NCBI GenBank assembly: GCA_964493305.1
Contig: CAZBLW010000002.1
Location: forward strand, 258,521 to 322,520
DNA length: 64,000 nucleotides
Origin: an uncultured Gammaproteobacteria bacterium
Lineage (GTDB): Bacteria; Patescibacteriota; Patescibacteriia; S139-126
Direction of reading: 5' to 3'
Shown: piece by piece, positions 1 to 10,900 of the stretch
How the letters are laid out: each line of letters opens with the position of its first letter
How positions within the stretch are numbered: the first letter of the stretch is position 1
Translations under genes and position numbers: made by a program
Notes under the pieces: model-generated
What the model was told of the DNA's origin: nothing
Database searches by the model: none
What the model saw: only the letters and a program-made list of their open reading frames with translations

Positions 1-1
1 A

Positions 2-2302
2 CGTATCAGGGCCGGTGCCAGCCAAGGGTCAAACAATTTATTTGAAATTCAAGATGCCACGGCCGCTTACGCTTTACTTTTTACTTCAACCCAAGAGTTA
101 CGCGTTTATGCCACCAGCTCCGGGCAGTATGTAGCTATGTTCCATGATGGCACCAATGGTAAAATCATTACCTCCAGTGGTGACTTGGAAATTGGTAGCG
201 GTGGTGGTGACTTACGCGTGTATGATAGTAGTGGAGTTGATTATATCCAAATCACCCATGATGGCACTGATGCCAACCTGGCACTCAATGCCGGAGTATT
301 CCGTATGAGTACCAGTACAGTCACTGATGGCACTATCAAGACTGGTGGTGGCAATGCCCAAGGTTATAACTCTTTTGGTACAGGTAGCCCTGGTCAAGCT
401 GCTATTGCCTCGAGCTCTGATGTTTATGTAGCGGGTGAATTGGAAGTGGATGGCGTAGCTTATCTGTCCGGTGGTACTGCTTGGACACAAGGTGACTTTG
501 CCGAACGAGTAACAATTTTTGAAGCTTCGGCTTTACCTGGTGATTTGATTGTGGCCAATGATTTAGGTGGAGAGGCCAGAGGTAGGTTATCTTATAGTGC
601 CAATTCCAACAAAATATTGGGTGTCATTTCAACAGCGCCAGCAGGAATTTTGAAAAATGATGCGCCCGGTGAACCACTTGCTCTCACTGGAACTGTACCA
701 GTCAAAGTTACTATAGAAAATGGTAATATCCGCCGCGGTGATCAACTAACCTCTTCTGCCAGTGTGCCGGGTGCTGCTATGAAAGCGACTACTTCCTCAG
801 CTGGAACTGTAGGTATTGCTTTGGAAGATTATACAGCAAGCTCTACTGGTTATGTGACTATACTTCTAAATATCAACAATAAGTTTGATCCTATTTCACA
901 ACTGGCTCAAGCTGACAAACAAACTACTACCAGTACTGATAGCACTGCCAGCTCAACCGCATCCACCACCTTGGTTGTTATCAACAATTCCACCACCACG
1001 ATTGCCACTACTACCATTCAAGTCATCAACAACACCACCAACAACAACACGCAAATCGTAGTAATTGATTATGAAGAGTTAGCTAATATCAAAGTAATGG
1101 GCCAAGCAGTCTTTGCCGGTTTAGTAAAAGTAGTGGATGCTGAGTTTTCCGGTCGGGTAATGGTGAAGGGTGACATAATTGTAGCAGGGGACATTGATTT
1201 GTCTGGTGCTGTTACTACTTGGTTCTGGCAAGATATAGCTACTTCTACTTTGGTAACATCTAGCGAACAAATCCAGTTGGGCGATGCCGTAGCGATTATG
1301 GGCGAAAATACAGTGGTGCCAATGTGGGCTAATACTTATGAGTTTAAACCCGCAGTTGGTATAGCTGTGGCCCTTAAACCTTTTGCTTCACTATCGAATG
1401 AAGAAATTGCGGCAATGCCAGAAGGATTGAAAGTAAAATACCAACAAATTTTGGATGAGTTAATAGCGGCAAATACCGCTACTTCCAGTACTTCCACACA
1501 AAACATTGTTATTCGTACTGACAACCCAGCCTTTAGTGATTTCCGAATGGTCAAAGTGGCTATCAGCGGTATAGTTAAAGGTTATCAAAATTTGATTCCA
1601 GGTAGTAGATATTATCTGGCCTTGGATGAAGATATTTCTCGGCAAAAAGCAGTAATAGATACGGGTGATAATGAGTTGATTGATTTGATAAATCAAACCG
1701 AGGCATTACTCAGTGAGGCCAGTGCTTTGACTGGCACTTCAACTACTAGCACTACTGGTACAGTTGCCGGAGAAGAAGAAGTAGTTGATAATAGTTTAGC
1801 CAAAGTCAGTCGCACCATAACATATCTGGAACCAGCCGAGCAGGATGCTAAGTTGCAGGTGATTGGTATTGCCAAATCACGCAGTGAACTACTGATACAG
1901 CCCAGCTTCAATTACTCTACTTACAGAGATGGTTATTTATCCTGGGATTATGGTTCTCTCTCAACTGCCACTGCTACACCAACCAGTTCAACTCCATTTG
2001 TAAACAATCAACCGATTGTGCCGGTTTATATTCCTATTATTACTCCAACTCCTACGCCTACATCCAGCCCGACTAGTACTGCCAGTACCACCACTTCAAC
2101 TACTACTTCTACTACTACATCAACCACTGGCACTTCAACTGAGGAAATAATAGAAGACGTAGTAGTAGATGATAATGCCAACCCAGTTGGAGAAACAACC
2201 AGTATAGAAACCACGACCACCACTGATACAACCAGTAGTACCACTAGTGGTGATTCCAATTTATTGCAACCAGCTGGTGGGGGAATACAGGGAAGTATAT
2301 AA
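2..2302 (+). CDS. 5'-truncated large surface/tail-fibre-like protein with Peptidase_G2-like intramolecular chaperone domain and Ser/Thr-rich C-terminus
   Basis: Frame is open from position 2 (RIRAGASQGSNNLFEIQ...), so the true start is upstream of the window. Motifs GDFAE...GVISTAP...ALTGTVPVKV...GDQLTSS..PGAAMKA...GIALE match the autocleaving chaperone domain of phage tail appendages. Confidence 0.7.
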   Translation, partial: RIRAGASQGSNNLFEIQDATAAYALLFTSTQELRVYATSSGQYVAMFHDGTNGKIITSSGDLEIGSGGGDLRVYDSSGVDYIQITHDGTDANLALNAGVFRMSTSTVTDGTIKTGGGNAQGYNSFGTGSPGQAAIASSSDVYVAGELEVDGVAYLSGGTAWTQGDFAERVTIFEASALPGDLIVANDLGGEARGRLSYSANSNKILGVISTAPAGILKNDAPGEPLALTGTVPVKVTIENGNIRRGDQLTSSASVPGAAMKATTSSAGTVGIALEDYTASSTGYVTILLNINNKFDPISQLAQADKQTTTSTDSTASSTASTTLVVINNSTTTIATTTIQVINNTTNNNTQIVVIDYEELANIKVMGQAVFAGLVKVVDAEFSGRVMVKGDIIVAGDIDLSGAVTTWFWQDIATSTLVTSSEQIQLGDAVAIMGENTVVPMWANTYEFKPAVGIAVALKPFASLSNEEIAAMPEGLKVKYQQILDELIAANTATSSTSTQNIVIRTDNPAFSDFRMVKVAISGIVKGYQNLIPGSRYYLALDEDISRQKAVIDTGDNELIDLINQTEALLSEASALTGTSTTSTTGTVAGEEEVVDNSLAKVSRTITYLEPAEQDAKLQVIGIAKSRSELLIQPSFNYSTYRDGYLSWDYGSLSTATATPTSSTPFVNNQPIVPVYIPIITPTPTPTSSPTSTASTTTSTTTSTTTSTTGTSTEEIIEDVVVDDNANPVGETTSIETTTTTDTTSSTTSGDSNLLQPAGGGIQGSI

Positions 2303-2352
2303 AAATTATAAATTATAAATTGTAAATTATAAATTAATTATCAAAAAAACAA

Positions 2353-2433
2353 TTGTCATTCTCGTGTAAACGGGAATCTAAAAACAAAAAATTATTTATT
2401 TTTTTGGATTCCTGACTAAATCAGGAATGACAA
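2353..2433. repeat. REP doublet, TGTCATT..GAATGACA family (dRS3-like)
   Basis: ttgtcattctcgtgtaaacgggaatct - A/T spacer - ggattcctgactaaatcaggaatgacaa: two inverted palindromic arms. Confidence 0.9.
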
Positions 2434-2460
2434 ATAAAGAAATTTAAAGTTTAGAAAGTA

Positions 2461-2952
2461 ATGTTTTTTTCCAAAAAAAATAAAAAATATATACTAATAG
2501 TTATTCTAGTTCTGATATTTTTATTATCTACATGGCTGATTATTTATTTATTTCCACCAATAAGTAAAAATTTACCACCTCTACCTACAAATCCAGTTTC
2601 CATAAAAACAAGTAATAAAATTTATGATCCAGCCAGTAAACATAGTTGCGAAGTAGTGCCATTTTCCCAATCTTTTACAAATGAACAGATTGTTTACCAG
2701 GTTAATTTATTTCCTTCAAATAAAAATTTTAGTTATCAACTAGAATTAGGAGAGCTACCGTTGGGTATAGTAGGGAATATCAACCCAATTTTAGGTAAAG
2801 GTAAAACGTCTGTAAATTTATATTTAAACAATATAACCAAGCAAACTGAAGGTTCCTTTACCATCCCCTTAGTTTATCATGAATATCAGTTGGGAAAATT
2901 CAAATGGCTGACCAACTATTGTTTGTTCAATGTGATTTTACCGGAAAATTAA
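2461..2952 (+). CDS. N-terminally membrane-anchored hypothetical protein, small beta-sandwich domain
   Basis: 163 aa ORF; basic N-terminus followed by a hydrophobic helix. Confidence 0.7.
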   Translation: MFFSKKNKKYILIVILVLIFLLSTWLIIYLFPPISKNLPPLPTNPVSIKTSNKIYDPASKHSCEVVPFSQSFTNEQIVYQVNLFPSNKNFSYQLELGELPLGIVGNINPILGKGKTSVNLYLNNITKQTEGSFTIPLVYHEYQLGKFKWLTNYCLFNVILPEN

Positions 2953-2958
2953 TAAAAT

Positions 2959-3930
2959 ATGATATTTAGTAAAAAGAAAAAAATTACGAAAGATTACATT
3001 TATCTCCTGGTGATATTAGGGTTGGTAATTTTCAATATATTTTGCTTGAGTAGATTATCCAATCCGGAAATTTTTATAGATAAATATGGAAAGTTGTATC
3101 CTTTTATTGATTTTTCCCGCAATTTTATACCGCAAGAGTTTTATTTGTCCAATCTGCAACCTTTGAGAAATAGTTTAAACGAACTAGTCAGCCAAGAACA
3201 GTCCCAAGGCAATCAAGTAAGTATTTATTTTGAGTATTTAAATACCGGCGGCAATATTTCCATCAATCAAAATTTGCAGCTGATTCCGGCCAGTCTCAAT
3301 AAACTACCAGTGGCGATGGCGGCGTTGGATAAAGTGGAAAAGGGTGAATGGTCTCTGACTGACAGGTTGGTATTATTGCCGGAAGATGTGGATTCTAATT
3401 TTGGCACATTACACCAAGAACCACTAAATAGCAGTTTTACCATAGAATTTTTACTGAAAGAGATGTTGCAAAAATCAGACAATACTGCTCTCAATATTTT
3501 ACTGAGAAATGTGACGGTTGACGGGGTGATAAAAATTTTAGATGAAATTGGTTTGCAGGAATTATTTGACGAGCGGGGAAATATTACGGCCAAAGAATAT
3601 TCGCAATTATTTCGTTCTTTATATACGGCAAATTTATTGAACCGCGAGTATTCGCAACTTTTATTGTCCTGGCTGACCCAGACCGAGTTTAATGAGTTTA
3701 TTTCCCATAATATTCCGGCAGAAGTTCCGGTGGCGCATAAGTTTGGTTTGAACATGGATTATTTGGTTTTTGCTGATTCCGGAATTGTCTATTTACCAAA
3801 CCAGCCTTACCTACTGACAGTTTTAGTCAATCCTGAAAACAGTATCACGGCCGATAGTGCTCTTGGGGAAGCTGGAGAAATAATGAATGAAATTTCAGTC
3901 ATTATTTATAAATTTTTAAATGAACAATAA
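2959..3930 (+). CDS. Membrane-anchored serine hydrolase, class A beta-lactamase/PBP fold
   Basis: SxxK (ASLNK), SDN and HKFG (KTG-equivalent) motifs; N-terminal TM helix. Confidence 0.85.
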   Translation: MIFSKKKKITKDYIYLLVILGLVIFNIFCLSRLSNPEIFIDKYGKLYPFIDFSRNFIPQEFYLSNLQPLRNSLNELVSQEQSQGNQVSIYFEYLNTGGNISINQNLQLIPASLNKLPVAMAALDKVEKGEWSLTDRLVLLPEDVDSNFGTLHQEPLNSSFTIEFLLKEMLQKSDNTALNILLRNVTVDGVIKILDEIGLQELFDERGNITAKEYSQLFRSLYTANLLNREYSQLLLSWLTQTEFNEFISHNIPAEVPVAHKFGLNMDYLVFADSGIVYLPNQPYLLTVLVNPENSITADSALGEAGEIMNEISVIIYKFLNEQ

Positions 3931-6900
3931 TTTCAAAAAAATTAAATATTTTTTTGTTCCGGTATTGGTTTTTTTGATGTTGATTACCGGTATTCCTTTG
4001 GATGTGCAGTTGAATGAGCGCGGGCGCATCGTGGACACCATGTATTTAGCAATGAAAGGCCAAGTCAATTTTTCTGATTTTTATTTTGGTAATACCGCCC
4101 GCGCCGAGACCAAAACCATTATTTTGAATTTTACCCAAACGATTTTGACCGAAGGCAATACCTGGACCGTGCCGCTTGATTGGGATAATGCATCCAATAC
4201 CATAGAAGTAATTGGCGGCGGCGGCGCGGGGTGGACGGATACGGCCGGTACCAATGGCGCTGGCGGCGGTGGCGGTGGGGCATATTCCAAGTCGGTCAAT
4301 GTCACTTTAAGTGCCGGAGCGACTGTTAGTTATAATATAGGTAATGGTGGCAATGTTTATTCAGTAAATGGTGGGGATACTTATTTTTGTAACTCCACCA
4401 CCAATTGTGCTTCTATCGGTGGTAGTGCGGTAGTAGTTGGTGCTAAAGGTGGCTTGGGCGCAATCAATGCCACTGGTGCGCAAGGCGGGGCAACTTCAAC
4501 AGGAGTAGCAACCGGAACTGGCTCTGTAAAATATAAAGGAGGTAATGGTGGAACAGGTAATGGTCGCGGTGATTCTGGTGGTGGTGGAGGTGGGGCCGCA
4601 GGCCCCAATGGCAACGGTGGTAATGGCGGTGATGGTAATAGTAATACTACCTATGGTCATGGCGGCGGCGGCGGCGGAAATGGCGGCGGCGCAAATGGCG
4701 CTTCAGTGAGTGGCAATCCGCCCAGCCCAAATCAAAGTGGTGCCGGGGGAAATAATTATTTAAATACTGGTGGCGGTGCAGGTGTAACTAGTGGTGATGG
4801 TACCAATGGTACAGCTGGCGGTGGCGGTGCAGGTGGTTTTGATTCCAATGACGGAGGCAACGGCGGTGATGGTCAGGAATGGGGAGAAGTTGGCTCTGGC
4901 GGCGGCGGTGGTGGAACCGGGGATACTTCAAGCACAGTTGGTTACGGTGGTGATGCCGGTTTTTACGGCGCGGGTGGTGGTGGCGGACTTATTGGAGGAC
5001 GTGGTGCTCCAGGTATAATTATTATTACTTATGGTTATAACCAACCAACCAAAACTATTTGGACTGTTCCAAGTGATTGGAACAATGCTTCCAACACCAT
5101 AGAAGTAATTGGTGCTGGTGGGGCTGGGTATACAGCAGTTGACAGCGGTGGTGCTGCCGCTGGTGGCGGTGGCGGTTATTCCAAATCTATCAATGTATCT
5201 CTAACTGCTAATACACAAGTAGCTTATCAAATTGGCAATGGTGGTAGAAAAAATGGGCGAGGTAGTGCTATAGCTGGATTGTCAGGAGGTGATACTTATT
5301 TTTGTAATGCTACTTCAAACTGTACAACGATTGCAGGTAGTGCAGTTCGAGTAGGTGCCAAAGGTGGCACGGGTGGTACCAGTGCAACCACTGGCGGAAG
5401 AACTGGTGGTGCAGCTGCTAGTGGAGTTGCTTATGCAAATGAAGTATTAAATGGTAGTGGTAGCCAAAAGTATAGCGGTGGTACGGGAGGAGCTGGTACT
5501 GGTACTGGTGATAATGGTGGTGGCGGTGGTGGTGCAGCTGGCCCCAATGGCAATGCCGGTGCTGGTGGAAGTGGTACCAATACTGCAACTTATGGTGGTG
5601 GTGGTGGTGGTGGTGCTGGTGGCACAGCTTGTAGTGGTTCACCGTGTGCTGGTAGTGGTCCAAATACCACTACAGGTGGTGCGGGAGGTAATGGTCCGGC
5701 TGGTACTGGCGGTGGCGCTGGAGGTAATCCTGGTCAAAATGGTGGTTCTGGTACAGGTGGTGGAGCGGGAGGTGGAAATAATATTTCCGGTGGAGGCTTT
5801 GGTGGCAGTGGAAGTGAGTGGACTATTGCCGGTGCCGGTGGTGGTGGTGGTGGTGTTGGTGATAACTCAGGTGCTGAAACCACTGGTGGTAATGGTGGTT
5901 TGTTTGGTGCTGGTGGCGGTGGTGGTAAATGGGGAGGTTGGGGAGCTAACGGTTTAATAGTTATTACTTATGTGCCCGCCGTATTTAGTCAATCGGCTTA
6001 TCGATTTTTTAACAATACAAATTCTACTGTTGTGGGAGCGCCTTTTACAACTCAAAATACAACCACAACAATTCCTTATAATTCTCAGTTTCGTTTACGT
6101 ATATTGATTCATGTAGCTGATGCACCTTTGGGTACCAGTGGTCGTGATTTTAAGTTACAATTTGTTGATATGGGCACCGGTACTTGTGCTGCTCCTAGCG
6201 GCGGTAGCCCGTCAAGTTATACTGATGTCACTTCTACTACAGCCATAGCTTATTTTAATAACCCCACACCAGTAGATGGAGATGCTTTAACTAGTACCAC
6301 TACCGACCCTACTCATAGTGGACATTCGTTGGTGAATCAAACATATGAAGAAGCTAATAATTTTACCAATTCTCAATCGCAGATTGATCCTGATTCGTAT
6401 GATGGTCTTTGGGATTTTTCTTTAGATGATTATAATGCTGAAATTGGTAAGACTTATTGTTTTCGTGCAGTTGAAGCAAATAGTAAACTTTTATCTAGTT
6501 ATAATATTTATCCTGCTGTGACTTTTATTAATTTCCCTCCTACCATCACGTCTGCTACGGACGCTCCTGATCCAGTGAACGCTGGTTCCAATATTACTTT
6601 TACGGTTGATTGGTCAGATGAAAATGCTGATAATACTCGTTCGTTTATCTGTAAAACCAATTCTTTTACTTCATCAACTCTTACTTGCCCTGGGGGAGCT
6701 TGGGCATCATCAACTTCTTTTGCTACCACTGACCCGGTTGATATGGTATATACCACGCAAGTAGCTGATGGTGGTACCAACAATTACTATGCCTTTACTT
6801 GTGATAATGATAATGCTTGTTCGTCTGGTAGCCCTGGTACTTTTACCGTTAATCGCTACCCAAGTATTACTTCGGTTAATGACGCTCCTGACCCAGTGAA

Positions 6901-7903
6901 CGCTGGTTCCAATATTACTTTTACGGTTGATTGGTCAGATGCTGATGCCGGCGATTTAACCCGTTCGTTTATCTGTAAAACCAATTCCTTTACTTCCTCG
7001 ACACTTACTTGTGATGGTGGTTGGTGGTCATCAAGTACCGCATTCGCTACTACTGATCCGGTAGATGTTATTTATACTACCCAAGGAGGGGATATTGGCA
7101 CCAATAACTACTATGCTTTTACTTGTGATAATGACAATGCCTGTTCGTCTGGCAGTCCTGGTACTTTTGATGTCAATTCAGGTAATTCCGCCCCAACTAT
7201 AAATTCAGCTACTGATTATCCCGACCCAGTCAGTGTTGGCAGTGCAGTTACTTTCACAGTTAATTGGTCAGACGCTGACACTGGTGATTTAACGCGCACT
7301 TTTATTTGTAAAACCAATTCTTTTACTTCATCTACTTTGACTTGTGACGGCGGGTCTTGGGCGTCAAGTACATCTTTTAGCTCTATTAATATAACAGAAG
7401 TTTTCTATACCGCTTTACTAGGTGATTTAGGAACCAAAAACTATTTTGCATTTGTGTGTGATGATAGTAATGCTTGTTCCAATGGTAGTGCTGGTACTTT
7501 TACAGTGGTTAAGAGTGCACCAATTATAAATTCAGTTATTGATGCCCCTGATCCAGTAGTCGCTAGTAATAATATTACCTTTACAGTTAATTGGACTGAT
7601 CCGGAAGGGGACAATGCTAGGTCTTTTATTTGTAAAACCAATGTTATTACCACTTCAACCCTAACTTGTCCAGGTGGTTGGTATGCTTCCAGTACTTCCA
7701 TGGCTGCCACCAATCCAGTGCAAATATCCTATACCGCTCAAGCTGGGGATGCTGGACCTAGGAGTTATTATGCTTTTGTCTGTGATAGTGATAATAAATG
7801 TTCTACAGCTACAGTTGGTTCATTTTTGGTCAACTTAACTAGTTCAGTCAGTGGATATATTGAAGGGATATTCAATATCCTTGGTGATGTATTATTTAGA
7901 TAA
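3920..7903 (+). CDS. Secreted protein with two glycine-rich domains and four Cys-containing Ig-like repeats
   Basis: Two units starting WTVPxDWxNASNTIEVIG..GG; four repeats PxIxSxxDxPDPV...FTVxW.D...FICKTN...C..G.W...YxAFxCDxxNxCS. Confidence 0.85.
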   Translation: MNNNFKKIKYFFVPVLVFLMLITGIPLDVQLNERGRIVDTMYLAMKGQVNFSDFYFGNTARAETKTIILNFTQTILTEGNTWTVPLDWDNASNTIEVIGGGGAGWTDTAGTNGAGGGGGGAYSKSVNVTLSAGATVSYNIGNGGNVYSVNGGDTYFCNSTTNCASIGGSAVVVGAKGGLGAINATGAQGGATSTGVATGTGSVKYKGGNGGTGNGRGDSGGGGGGAAGPNGNGGNGGDGNSNTTYGHGGGGGGNGGGANGASVSGNPPSPNQSGAGGNNYLNTGGGAGVTSGDGTNGTAGGGGAGGFDSNDGGNGGDGQEWGEVGSGGGGGGTGDTSSTVGYGGDAGFYGAGGGGGLIGGRGAPGIIIITYGYNQPTKTIWTVPSDWNNASNTIEVIGAGGAGYTAVDSGGAAAGGGGGYSKSINVSLTANTQVAYQIGNGGRKNGRGSAIAGLSGGDTYFCNATSNCTTIAGSAVRVGAKGGTGGTSATTGGRTGGAAASGVAYANEVLNGSGSQKYSGGTGGAGTGTGDNGGGGGGAAGPNGNAGAGGSGTNTATYGGGGGGGAGGTACSGSPCAGSGPNTTTGGAGGNGPAGTGGGAGGNPGQNGGSGTGGGAGGGNNISGGGFGGSGSEWTIAGAGGGGGGVGDNSGAETTGGNGGLFGAGGGGGKWGGWGANGLIVITYVPAVFSQSAYRFFNNTNSTVVGAPFTTQNTTTTIPYNSQFRLRILIHVADAPLGTSGRDFKLQFVDMGTGTCAAPSGGSPSSYTDVTSTTAIAYFNNPTPVDGDALTSTTTDPTHSGHSLVNQTYEEANNFTNSQSQIDPDSYDGLWDFSLDDYNAEIGKTYCFRAVEANSKLLSSYNIYPAVTFINFPPTITSATDAPDPVNAGSNITFTVDWSDENADNTRSFICKTNSFTSSTLTCPGGAWASSTSFATTDPVDMVYTTQVADGGTNNYYAFTCDNDNACSSGSPGTFTVNRYPSITSVNDAPDPVNAGSNITFTVDWSDADAGDLTRSFICKTNSFTSSTLTCDGGWWSSSTAFATTDPVDVIYTTQGGDIGTNNYYAFTCDNDNACSSGSPGTFDVNSGNSAPTINSATDYPDPVSVGSAVTFTVNWSDADTGDLTRTFICKTNSFTSSTLTCDGGSWASSTSFSSINITEVFYTALLGDLGTKNYFAFVCDDSNACSNGSAGTFTVVKSAPIINSVIDAPDPVVASNNITFTVNWTDPEGDNARSFICKTNVITTSTLTCPGGWYASSTSMAATNPVQISYTAQAGDAGPRSYYAFVCDSDNKCSTATVGSFLVNLTSSVSGYIEGIFNILGDVLFR
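6560..6941 (+). repeat. Near-identical intragenic direct repeat (Ig-like repeats 1 and 2)
   Basis: gacgctcctgaYccagtgaacgctggttccaatattacttttacggttgattggtcagatg at about 6560 and 6881. Confidence 0.85.
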
Positions 7904-7906
7904 TTC

Positions 7907-10900
7907 ATGAACAAAAAATTTGTACAATTTATCGCCAATAAATATTTTCTGATTTTGATTTTCATCTTTTTAGTGCTGTCTGGGGCAATTTTTGCCTGGC
8001 AAATTTTTACCAATAACTCACAAATGAGTTTGCAGGTTAGTGTGCCGGACAACTATCAAGATAAGATTGTTTACTCCTACCAAGGACAGTCTTTTGCTAT
8101 TCAACCAATTGCTGCCAGTAGCGTCAATGTGAAAAAGAAATTTTTTGCTGAGGAGTATGATTATCAAGATCCTTATAGTAAGGTTGATGTTAAGCGGTTA
8201 GTATCAGAAACCGGAGTCAAAGAAGATATTGTTTTACGCGAACCAGGACATCCTATGCAGTTTAAGTTTCAGCTTGATTTGGGTGAGTTTGATTATGTCA
8301 AAGATTTGACTGGAAATATTACTTTGACCAGCAAAACAGATAAACTCGAGGAAAAAGATTTACAACGAAAATTTTTCTTGCCCGCACCGTTTTTTATTGA
8401 TGCCGCTGGTAAGCAGAGTGATACTAGTGCAATTGATTTACGAATAGATGATAAAGGTATTATTACTTATACCTTAAATGAGTCGTGGTTAGCGCAAGCT
8501 CAGTACCCAGTTGTACTTGACCCGTCAGTGGAATTGGTAATTTTAAATGTGCACTCTTATCCGCAAACCGGTGATGAATGGGTGGTTGATTTTACCACCC
8601 AAGGCACGGCTGATTTAATCATTTCTCCAGCTGATCAAGCCACGATTGATGATGACAGGTTTGTTGGACTTTATTGTGATGGTGAGGAAAGATTGCCAGA
8701 AATATACAAAAATGACGTAATTTTTTATGCCAATTGGTCGTGTGCTGGTGTGGGTAGAGTAGTTCATTTTACTGAGTATGCTGGTAAACACACTTTAAAG
8801 TTTGAATTTGCAGGACAAGTGGCTTATGCCTACAACTCTGATTGGTGGAATCCGTCTTGGACTAAGCGCAAAAAAATATTTTTTGATACTACTACTTCAG
8901 CTACCACTTCCAATTTGATTGATTTTCCTTTGAGTGTGCAGTTGAATTCTACCAGAGTTGACTATACTGCCACACAAAATAGCGGTCAGGATATTCGGTT
9001 TGTAGATACTGACGGTACCGAACTACCTTATGAAATAGAGTCCTGGAATGAGTCGGGCACTTCTACTTTGTGGGTAAAAGTACCTCAGGTAAATCAAAAC
9101 ACTACGGCCGATTATATGTGGATGTATTATGGTAACTCAACGGCAGCTGATAATTCAACAACTACAGGAGTGTGGGATAATAATTATAAACTAGTGCAAC
9201 ATATGGATAATACCGTTACTAGTACTGACAGCTTTGTTGATTCTACCAAAAATTATAATCACGGTACTGGTTTTGGTGGAGGTTCATTGGCAGCAACTAG
9301 CAGTGGAAAGATAAATGGAGCTTTTAATTTTGACGGTACTGACGATTATGTTGAAGTATCCAATGATAGTAGTCTAAGCGGAATGAATGAACTCAGTATG
9401 TCAGCTTGGATTTATCTTGATCAACTACCTACAACCGTAGCGCATGATGTTGAAATTTTAGTGAAAAGACATAGTACTACCCCTTGGAACTCATATTATT
9501 TTTATATTGTGGGTACAGCTTGTACAAATGATAATGTTATGTATGTCTCATTGAAAAATGAATTGGAAGCAGCGGAATATCGTTGCGCCAGTTCAAGTTT
9601 AGCCGTCGGTCAGTGGTACCATGTTGCGGTTACTTGGGATGGATCAGATCTTCATTTTTATCTAAATGGCTCATATGATGATGAGGGGGCTACCAATTTT
9701 TCTGGTACTAGTGTTTTTTCTTCTGATGGTTCCTTTTATATAAATGGTGAAGATAGTGGGCCGGGTAGAATGGATGGCAAGATTGATGAAGTACGTATAT
9801 CAAGTATTGACCGGGGAGTAAATTGGATAAAATTTGAATATTGTAATCAAACTGATAGTTGTACCACTTATGGAACGGAGGAAACTGATGTGTGGTGGAA
9901 TACCAAGTGGTTGAAGCGGAAAAAGATTATGTTTGATACCACTACCTCAGCTACTACCACTAGTTTAGTAGATTTTCCCGTAGCTGTGCAGTTAAATAGT
10001 TCACGTATTGATTATGCTTATACCAAACCATATGGTGAAGATATTCGTTTTATTGACTCTGATGGCAAAACTTCACTGTCATATGAAATAGAAAAATGGG
10101 ACAAAACCGCCACCTCTACTTTTTGGGTGAAAGTACCAACCATTGATCGCAATTCCAACTCCGATCATATCTGGCTTTATTACAACAATCCTAACGCTTT
10201 GGATAACTCCACTACCACAGGAGTGTGGACCAATGGTTTTGTCGGTGTCTGGCATATGAACAACGCATACAATGCCTCAACCACTGATTCAACCAAAAAT
10301 GCTTTGCATGGCATTTCCAGAAATCTCGCAGCCACTTCTACTTATATGGTTGGTAGTGCTTTACAGTTCAACGGTTCAACTGCTGATGTAAAATTGCCAA
10401 TCAGTACACTACTCAATCCCGAATACACTTTAACCATAGAAGCTTGGGCCAGAACCAATTCATTGTCAGGTGAACAATCAATTCTTGGTCGAACTTTATC
10501 ATATGAACTTTTAGCCATGAGAACTTGGGCGCCAACTGGCAGACCATTGGCTCCAATTTATTATGCTTATGATACCTCAATGGATTTGGAATCAGCTACC
10601 GCACTAACTCCAGGACAGTTTACCTATTTGGCAGCTACTTACAATGGCACTACTACGGGAAAAGCGATTTTATATCAAGATACTATTATTAAACATACTA
10701 TCACTACCACCACCCCAGAAAGTTTATATCAAAATTCGGCTAACACTTATATTGGTGATTCGCAGTGGGATGATAATTCTGGCTTCAGTGGTGTAATTGA
10801 TGAAGTAAGAATTTCTGATACAGACAGAACTAAAAGTTGGATAAATTTTACTTATTGTAATATTAAAGAAACTTGTAATACTTACGGCAAAGAACAAACC

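Noticed and set aside
2959-3930. Antibiotic-resistance beta-lactamase
   Set aside because: The omega-loop region looks shortened with no clear Glu166 motif, and the protein is membrane anchored; better called a PBP-like serine hydrolase.
5418-5957. Poly-His and poly-Val ORFs in alternative frames; (GGT)n as a contingency locus
   Set aside because: These are shadows of poly-Gly codons in the real gene, and triplet slippage would not shift the frame.
2-7903. Prophage tail region
   Set aside because: No capsid, terminase, portal or integrase genes; neighbouring proteins carry signal peptides or TM anchors typical of cellular surface proteins.
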